From Fidelibacterota bacterium (GTDB lineage: Bacteria; Fidelibacterota; Marinisomatia; SCGC-AAA003-L08; GCA-2689995), in contig JACNKR010000063.1 in assembly GCA_014381925.1 (NCBI GenBank), positions 68,867 through 132,866 of the forward strand: 64,000 bases of DNA, in the 5' to 3' direction. The translations under genes and the position numbers were made by a program. This document shows, piece after piece, positions 57,743 to 64,000 of the stretch; the first letter of the stretch is position 1; every line of letters begins with the position of its first letter. The notes below the pieces were generated by a model. That model saw only the letters and a program-made list of their open reading frames with translations, was not told the origin of the DNA and ran no database searches.

Positions 57743-58155
57743 ATTGTTTGACTACTTTTAGACTCATAATTAGATTCTTCTTCATATCGAGATGCACATT
57801 TTGTCATTAAATTATCAGCTACAAACACACCATTTTTATAGACACCTTCCACAATAACTTGCGTACCATCTTTAAATAAATCAGGAACTGCTGCAGAGTG
57901 GTGTTTTACTGATAAGGTTGCTTCCCCCTGTTTTAATTCAAAAAATAAATCAAGCTTATCTTCTGAATATTTTATTGAACCATCTAACACATTTCCTCCA
58001 AGCCTGAATTTTTCTTGAGTATAGGATTCATGGTGTTCAATTAAATCAGAAACTGAAATAAATGGTACCTCTTCGGTCTCAAACCCAATAACCATCCAAC
58101 CAAACCCAATTAATGAAAGTGCTAAAATTGCGATAATAAATTTTGCTTTTGGCAT
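57739..58155 (-). CDS. ccmE: heme chaperone CcmE, CxxxY variant
   Basis: 138 aa with an N-terminal anchor and an OB-fold region. The C-terminal LMTKCASRY stands in place of the canonical LAKHDENY. Confidence 0.85.
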   Translation of the reverse strand: MPKAKFIIAILALSLIGFGWMVIGFETEEVPFISVSDLIEHHESYTQEKFRLGGNVLDGSIKYSEDKLDLFFELKQGEATLSVKHHSAAVPDLFKDGTQVIVEGVYKNGVFVADNLMTKCASRYEEESNYESKSSQTI

Positions 58156-58251
58156 TTGTCTATATTCCTTAATTAACAGATGCTATAATTTACCTATTTA
58201 TTCAACTTTGATTCTAAAAAAACTATCAGCTTCTTCGTAATTTTAATCACT

Positions 58252-59118
58252 ATGAAAACACGATTATCTGAAAATAAAACATTTGCACAAATTAGCTTAG
58301 TGATAATTACTGCTATTTGGGGAATCACATTTATTATGGTGAAGGAAGCATTAAATGATGCACCACCGTATGCTTTTGCAGGGTGGAGGTTCCTAATTGC
58401 TAGTTTTTGTAATTTACTTTTTATTATTACTCAACTAAATAAATTTACAAAATTAGAAGTAATTGGTGGTATGTTTTGTGGAATATTACTCCATTTTGGT
58501 TATGCCTTTCAAAATTATGGACTCCAATTAACAACAGCAAGTAAATCTGCATTTATCACTGGGACTTCAATTTTAATAGTTCCTTTTATTTTATGGGTAT
58601 ATTTAAAAAAAACGATTTCATTAAAAACATGGTTGGCAATTATGATTGCTCTCGTCGGTTTATTTCTTTTAATTAATCCGTCAGAAGGTAATTTGAATTT
58701 TGGAGATATTATAACAATTGGATGCTCTGTGTCATTTGCAGGTCATATTATTGTTCAAGATAAATATATAAAACAAAATATTAGTATTTTTCGATTTTTC
58801 TTTATTCAATTAGTAACCGTAACAATTTTATCTTTTTTGAGCTATGCAATCATTGATTCACCTTCTATTATTTGGTCAAGTAGACTTATAAATGCTTTAT
58901 TAATCACTGGTGTTTTTGCCACATTTATAGCAATTGGTGTGATGGTTTGGGCTCAACGAATACTTACGCCAACACAAACTGCCTTAATTTTCATCTTAGA
59001 GCCAGTTTTTGCAGCCCTATATTCATGGTATGCCGTTGGTGAAATTTTAACAATTACAGGAATGTTAGGAGGCTTTTTAATCATTGTCGGTGTAATTATA
59101 GCAGAAACAACGGAATAA
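58252..59118 (+). CDS. DMT-superfamily (EamA-type) transporter
   Basis: 288 aa with 10 TM in two EamA-like halves. Confidence 0.75.
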   Translation: MKTRLSENKTFAQISLVIITAIWGITFIMVKEALNDAPPYAFAGWRFLIASFCNLLFIITQLNKFTKLEVIGGMFCGILLHFGYAFQNYGLQLTTASKSAFITGTSILIVPFILWVYLKKTISLKTWLAIMIALVGLFLLINPSEGNLNFGDIITIGCSVSFAGHIIVQDKYIKQNISIFRFFFIQLVTVTILSFLSYAIIDSPSIIWSSRLINALLITGVFATFIAIGVMVWAQRILTPTQTALIFILEPVFAALYSWYAVGEILTITGMLGGFLIIVGVIIAETTE

Positions 59119-59160
59119 TTGATTTTACCTTAATACTATAATTCCTTAAACTACTGCAAG

Positions 59161-61227
59161 ATGGAACTTGCACTCATTACACAATTTACCTGGACAGACG
59201 GTTTAGCGTTAGTTACAGCATTACTTGGTACAATTCTATATGGCATTATATTTTATGTTTTATTAATTAAAAAGAAGCCCCCTATTCATGAAAGAATTGT
59301 ATTATTCACGGCTCTAACATTTCTTTTTTATTTTAGTGGTAATTTTTTAGCATTATTCGCTAGAGCACTCGCACAGGAATTATTTCAAAAATCATATACA
59401 ATTGGATGGGTATTAAATTTAATTGGATTATCTTTTATGCCCGCCAGTTTATTGCATGCTTTTGCAATTTATAGAGATTATTATTTAAAAAGCACTATAA
59501 ATAGAAAATTAAAGAACCCGCTTCGATTTTTATATTTACATTTTTTTAGTATTTATTTTACATATCAATTTATTGGAAATATTACAAATAATACACCATT
59601 GCCCTGGCCAGTATTAACATCCAGCATCACCCCAATTCAGTTTCAATTTTTTGCATGGTGGCTGGGAATCTGTACAGGAATGTCGGGATTATTAAGTTAT
59701 AAATTAAAGGGAAATCCAAGATGGAAAAGGTTTGATAATTATTTTCCAATTAACGGAATTTTTTTAATAATCGCTTCTATATTTACTATTATTATTTTAT
59801 CACAACATCCATGGACACCTGAATTAGCACCGGCTATTCGTCTTTTATTTTTAATTTTTGCAATAACTCCCGGGATAACTTTGGGATATTATCTTGTTCG
59901 CTATCAATTTTTAAACATACTTATAAAACCTACCATTTTATACAGTGTTTTAACAGCTATAGTGATAATTATTTATCAGTTTGGAATTCGAAATATTGCA
60001 CAGTACCTGTCTCACTTTGATGCAATTAATGTAAAAATGGTAGAAATTATTTTAATGGTTTTTTTAGTTTTTATATTTCATCCTATCCGAATTTATTTAC
60101 ATCAAAAAATGAATCAGTTTTTCTTTCAAGATACAGAAAAATATAAATCTACAATCCACAATATTAGCCAATCATTAAAACGGGTTTCCAATATAAATCA
60201 AATTGAGAAAATATTAATTAACCAATTAGAAAATCCTTTATTTATTCAAAATTTAAATATTATTTCAAATTTAAAATTACCTGATAAAAAAATGTTTGAA
60301 AATGAAAAAAATACATTTTTACACAAAGATTTAGTAAATGAAACGTTAAGTAAATGGATGGAAAGCCAAAGCTTTGATTTTGTTGGATGGATAAAAGACC
60401 AAGAGGGAAGCTTGGGTGTTTTGGGAATTAAATTAAAACCTTTCAAAGATGAATTAAATACAAATGAATTACACTTACTAAACACAATATTAAATCAATT
60501 AGCACTAACGATGAGAAATATTATATTATTGGAAGATCAAGTTAATTTAGAAAAAGCAATTTTAAAACAGGAAAAGCTTTCTACGTTAGGACAAATTTCT
60601 GCAAGTATTAGCCATGAAGTAAAAAACCCACTACATTCAATTTATACATTGATTCAGGTAATGGAAGAAGATGAGCCCAAAGGGAAAGAATTAAAAAATG
60701 ACTTAAAAACGATTCGAAATGAAATTGAAGATTTAACGGATATATTAAATGAAATCTTACTTTATGCTCACCCAAATAAACAGAATGCAATTATAAAAGT
60801 AAGCGTAAATGATGTAATTGAAAAGACAATTCGGCTACTTTCTAAAGGGGCTCAAAAAGTTGGAATTAATATAGTTTTTAATCCAATTAATAGTATCTTT
60901 ATAAAAAGCAACCCGGGGAAATTAAAGGAAATAATTTTTAATTTAATTTTAAATGGAATACAGGCGTGTCATAAACAGGGTGATTTAATCCAAGTTGAAA
61001 TAGTAGAAGTTGAAAATGATATATTTATTAATGTGATTGATAATGGTCCAGGTATTAAAAATTTGAATAATGTTTTTGAACCCTACTTTACAACAAAAAA
61101 AGAGGGTACAGGGCTGGGACTTTCTATAGTAAAAACAAAAATTGAAGAATTAAATGGAAGTATAATTGCTCAAAATAGAAAACCAAATGGAGCAGAATTT
61201 ATAATTAATTTACCAAAAGAAACCTAA
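59161..61227 (+). CDS. sensor histidine kinase with large polytopic N-terminal membrane domain
   Basis: 688 aa with about 7 or more TM. It has the H-box SHEVKNPL and HATPase N/G boxes (NGIQA, DNGPGI, GTGLGLS). Confidence 0.85.
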   Translation: MELALITQFTWTDGLALVTALLGTILYGIIFYVLLIKKKPPIHERIVLFTALTFLFYFSGNFLALFARALAQELFQKSYTIGWVLNLIGLSFMPASLLHAFAIYRDYYLKSTINRKLKNPLRFLYLHFFSIYFTYQFIGNITNNTPLPWPVLTSSITPIQFQFFAWWLGICTGMSGLLSYKLKGNPRWKRFDNYFPINGIFLIIASIFTIIILSQHPWTPELAPAIRLLFLIFAITPGITLGYYLVRYQFLNILIKPTILYSVLTAIVIIIYQFGIRNIAQYLSHFDAINVKMVEIILMVFLVFIFHPIRIYLHQKMNQFFFQDTEKYKSTIHNISQSLKRVSNINQIEKILINQLENPLFIQNLNIISNLKLPDKKMFENEKNTFLHKDLVNETLSKWMESQSFDFVGWIKDQEGSLGVLGIKLKPFKDELNTNELHLLNTILNQLALTMRNIILLEDQVNLEKAILKQEKLSTLGQISASISHEVKNPLHSIYTLIQVMEEDEPKGKELKNDLKTIRNEIEDLTDILNEILLYAHPNKQNAIIKVSVNDVIEKTIRLLSKGAQKVGINIVFNPINSIFIKSNPGKLKEIIFNLILNGIQACHKQGDLIQVEIVEVENDIFINVIDNGPGIKNLNNVFEPYFTTKKEGTGLGLSIVKTKIEELNGSIIAQNRKPNGAEFIINLPKET

Positions 61228-61229
61228 TA

Positions 61230-62591
61230 ATGAGTTTAATAAAAATATTAATTGCTGACGATGAAAGAACTTCTCGACAAGCTTTAAGGCGGGCTTTAGT
61301 AAAAAAATATACCATCTTTGAGGCTGAAGATGGAGATATTGCTTTTGAAATAATCCAAAAGGAAAGTCCCGATATCATTTTATTAGATATTAATATGCCT
61401 AAGAAAAATGGATTTGAAGTATTAGAAAAAGCAACAACGCTCAAATTAATTCCTATTTGTATAATGATGACGGCCTATGGTTCAGAGCGAGTTGCTGTTG
61501 AAGCTTTAAAAAAGGGTGCTTGGGATTATATTGCAAAACCATTTCAATTAGACGAATTAAGAACATTAATCCGTAATGCTTCTGAGCACATTTTTTTAAA
61601 AAGAGAGAATAAAAAATTAAAAACTGATTTACAAAAAAAGAAAACAAAATTATTAGGACAAAGTGAACAAATGGCTGAGGTTAGAAGCCTCATTCAAAAA
61701 GTAGCTCAAACAGATGTTACCGTTTTAATTTTAGGTGAAAGCGGAACGGGGAAAGATTTAACTGCACATTCAATACATGAACAAAGCGATAGATCAAACA
61801 AACCATTTATTGCAATAAATTGTGGTGCATTGCCAAAAGATTTAATTGAGTCAGAATTATTTGGTTATAAAAAAGGTGCGTTTACTGGGGCAATAAAAGA
61901 TAAAAAAGGAAAGTTTGAGTTGGCAAATAATGGCACTTTGTTTTTAGATGAAGTTGGTGAAATGAGCCTAGAAACTCAAGTAAAAGTTTTAAGAGCAATT
62001 GAAGAAAAAGAAATTATACCCCTTGGTGGAGAGGTAAAAGTTAATTCTGATTTTCGTATTATTTGTGCTACAAACATAGATTTAAAAAAAGCAATAAAAG
62101 ATGGAAAGTTTAGAGAAGATTTATTTTATAGATTATCTGTTGTTGAAATGACAATGCCCCCACTAAGAGATCGTCCAGAAGATATTCCTGTATTATTTAA
62201 TAATTTTGTTAATATGTTTTGTATTCAATATTCAAAAACAACTATGAGTATTTCAAAAAAAATTATAAATAAAGCAAAATTATATAATTGGCCAGGGAAT
62301 GTTAGGGAGTTAAAAAATATTATTGAAAACACCGTCGTATTATCAGATGAAAGATTTGATGAATCTATATTTATTTCAAAAATTTCTGATGAATCAAAAA
62401 ATGAATATAATTTAAACGGAAGAACGTTTCAAGAAGCAAAACAAGAATATCTATTTCCAATTGAAAAAGCATTAGTTGATGAGGCATTAAAACTTGCAAA
62501 ACAAAATATTACAAAAGCATCAAAAATTTTAGGAATGAAACGACAATATCTTCAACAAAAAATAAAACAATTAAATTTACTGCAAGAATAA
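61230..62591 (+). CDS. sigma-54-dependent response regulator (NtrC family)
   Basis: 453 aa with a REC domain (DDE...D54-like LLDINMP), an AAA+ domain with GESGTGK and GAFTGA, and a C-terminal Fis-type HTH. Confidence 0.92.
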   Translation: MSLIKILIADDERTSRQALRRALVKKYTIFEAEDGDIAFEIIQKESPDIILLDINMPKKNGFEVLEKATTLKLIPICIMMTAYGSERVAVEALKKGAWDYIAKPFQLDELRTLIRNASEHIFLKRENKKLKTDLQKKKTKLLGQSEQMAEVRSLIQKVAQTDVTVLILGESGTGKDLTAHSIHEQSDRSNKPFIAINCGALPKDLIESELFGYKKGAFTGAIKDKKGKFELANNGTLFLDEVGEMSLETQVKVLRAIEEKEIIPLGGEVKVNSDFRIICATNIDLKKAIKDGKFREDLFYRLSVVEMTMPPLRDRPEDIPVLFNNFVNMFCIQYSKTTMSISKKIINKAKLYNWPGNVRELKNIIENTVVLSDERFDESIFISKISDESKNEYNLNGRTFQEAKQEYLFPIEKALVDEALKLAKQNITKASKILGMKRQYLQQKIKQLNLLQE

Positions 62592-62651
62592 TATTGCAGT
62601 TTTTGTTGAAATAAATTGATTTAATATTTCTTACTGAGGAGAAATATCCTT

Positions 62652-62667
62652 TGGCAAGGTATTTGAA
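62652..62667 (+). promoter_or_regulatory. candidate sigma-54 (-24/-12) promoter TGGCAAGGTATTTGAA
   Basis: It matches TGGCACG-N4-TTGCW except at two positions and keeps correct GG/-12 spacing. It lies 51 nt upstream of the OMP start and directly downstream of the NtrC-like gene. Confidence 0.45.
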
Positions 62668-62717
62668 TTGATAATGCTATATTAACTATTTTAATTAAAA
62701 AACAAGAAGGATATATT

Positions 62718-63338
62718 ATGAATAACAAAATAAGAGCAACCTTTCTATGCTTATTAGTGGGTATAGTATTTGGACAAAAAGAAATAAAATATGGTATTGG
62801 GTTTAATGTAGAAATAAATGGGCTAAGTTCTTTAATTCAATTATTTGAAAGTGGTCAAAATTCTAGTATAAATGGTATTTACTTTCCAATAGAAAAAGAT
62901 GGATATCTTATAGAGCCATCAATTTCATATATGACAAGTTCAGTTATTAAAGATTTTAATAATAATGATTATGATGAAAAAAGCTCCACTTCAAATATTA
63001 CGGCGATGTTAGGAGTTTTTAAATTGTTTGAAAGAGATAAAGTAAGATTTAATGTAGGCTTGCGAGCAGGAAAAACGTGGATTAATGAGAAATATAATTA
63101 TTCAGATGAAGATGAAGAAGTTGATGAACAAGATTTATTAATAATTTCACCAACAATTGGGGCTGAATATTTCATTTCTAATCATTTTTCTTTTGCAGGA
63201 GAAGCAATATTTACAATGACAAATTTAAAAGATAGTGGCGAAGTTAATTCTTTTTATTCATCAGAAGATTTAACATATTCTGAAACAAGAAAAGTAAATT
63301 CATTAACACATAAATTTATTTTAAGGTATTACTTTTAA
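62718..63338 (+). CDS. small outer-membrane beta-barrel protein
   Basis: 206 aa with a signal peptide, alternating beta-strand pattern and a C-terminal ...LRYYF. Confidence 0.6.
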   Translation: MNNKIRATFLCLLVGIVFGQKEIKYGIGFNVEINGLSSLIQLFESGQNSSINGIYFPIEKDGYLIEPSISYMTSSVIKDFNNNDYDEKSSTSNITAMLGVFKLFERDKVRFNVGLRAGKTWINEKYNYSDEDEEVDEQDLLIISPTIGAEYFISNHFSFAGEAIFTMTNLKDSGEVNSFYSSEDLTYSETRKVNSLTHKFILRYYF

Positions 63339-63422
63339 ATTATTATAATTAAAATGGATATTAGCTTTAAATTCAATAACTAAATTAATATCCAAAATTC
63401 ACAAATAAACAGAAGGAGTTTT

Positions 63423-64000
63423 CATGTATAAACGAATAATAACATTATTAATCATTGCAATTTCATTCTCAATTGTAACGGCAGAGCTAATTTTGCCTGC
63501 ACAAACAAATGCAATCGTGGCATTGGCAAATGAAAATGGATTTACAAATGAGAATTTAGAACAATATTTAATTAAACATTATGGAACAACAGTTCATGGA
63601 TTATCAAGAGAGCAGGCAATTCAAATCATAAATCGCTTTCAGTCTGAAAACCCTCCCGCACCGTTAAATATTGGTTATATAAAGCCTGTAGTGGTAGAAG
63701 AATTATTACTCGCTCAATCATTAGAGGTTGGAATGTCAAAGCGGTTTTATATGATTGATGATAATATCATCGATGGGACAATACTTTCAATTGAAGAAGG
63801 GGTTTGTGCTATTAAAACGGTTGATGGGAACTTAAATATCCCAGTAAATGAAATATTAGAAGAAACAGTAGATTTATTAAAAAAAGATGCATCTCGGTTT
63901 AAAGGCCCAATTATTCATGAAACTTTAGAAGAATTAGTGATTCGCTCAAAATATGGTGATGTTGCAATACAAAAAAAAGATATTAAAGATTTAGATAGAT
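63423..64000 (+). CDS. hypothetical secreted protein (3' end outside window)
   Basis: ATG 63423 follows an AGAAGGAG SD. The signal-like N-terminus is MYKRIITLLIIAISFSIVTA. The frame is open to the window end. It is not in the ORF track. Confidence 0.5.

Overview
AT-rich (by eye about 30% G+C, not computed), densely coding bacterial chromosome segment with no rRNA, CRISPR array, transposase or integrase. I read three blocks. (1) 1-9.8 kb: housekeeping and accessory genes, namely a GldF/GldG-type ABC pair, YaaA, tRNA-His, a class V aminotransferase, YjbQ, an SDR, TerC and a frameshifted TauE/SafE. (2) 9.8-32 kb: one long minus-strand run of origin-associated core genes (yggS, gyrA, gyrB, DUF721, recF, dnaN, two parvulin PPIases, mfd, mnmG, mnmE, yidC, yidD, rnpA, rpmH, then a prolyl oligopeptidase and a ZIP transporter). 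This run has no dnaA, rsmG or parAB. It does carry a perfect parS palindrome, five perfect DnaA boxes and an AT-rich repeat region upstream of dnaN. (3) 32-64 kb: msrB, two S45 (penicillin-amidase family) acylases, an arsR-arsM cassette, a seven-gene heavy-metal RND efflux operon, MaoC, ogt, gltA-thyA-folA, a variant System I cytochrome c maturation operon (ccmEFH-I'-ABCD), and a histidine kinase / sigma-54 activator pair next to beta-barrel OMP genes. The most interesting signals are two in-frame TGA codons that look like selenocysteine recoding. One replaces the catalytic Cys of MsrB. The other joins a signal peptide to an outer-membrane beta-barrel, creating an N-terminal C-x-x-U motif at the distal end of the metal-efflux operon. 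Each is followed by a stem-loop at SECIS-like spacing. All calls rest on reading the sequence and recalled family motifs; no database search, folding or statistics were run.
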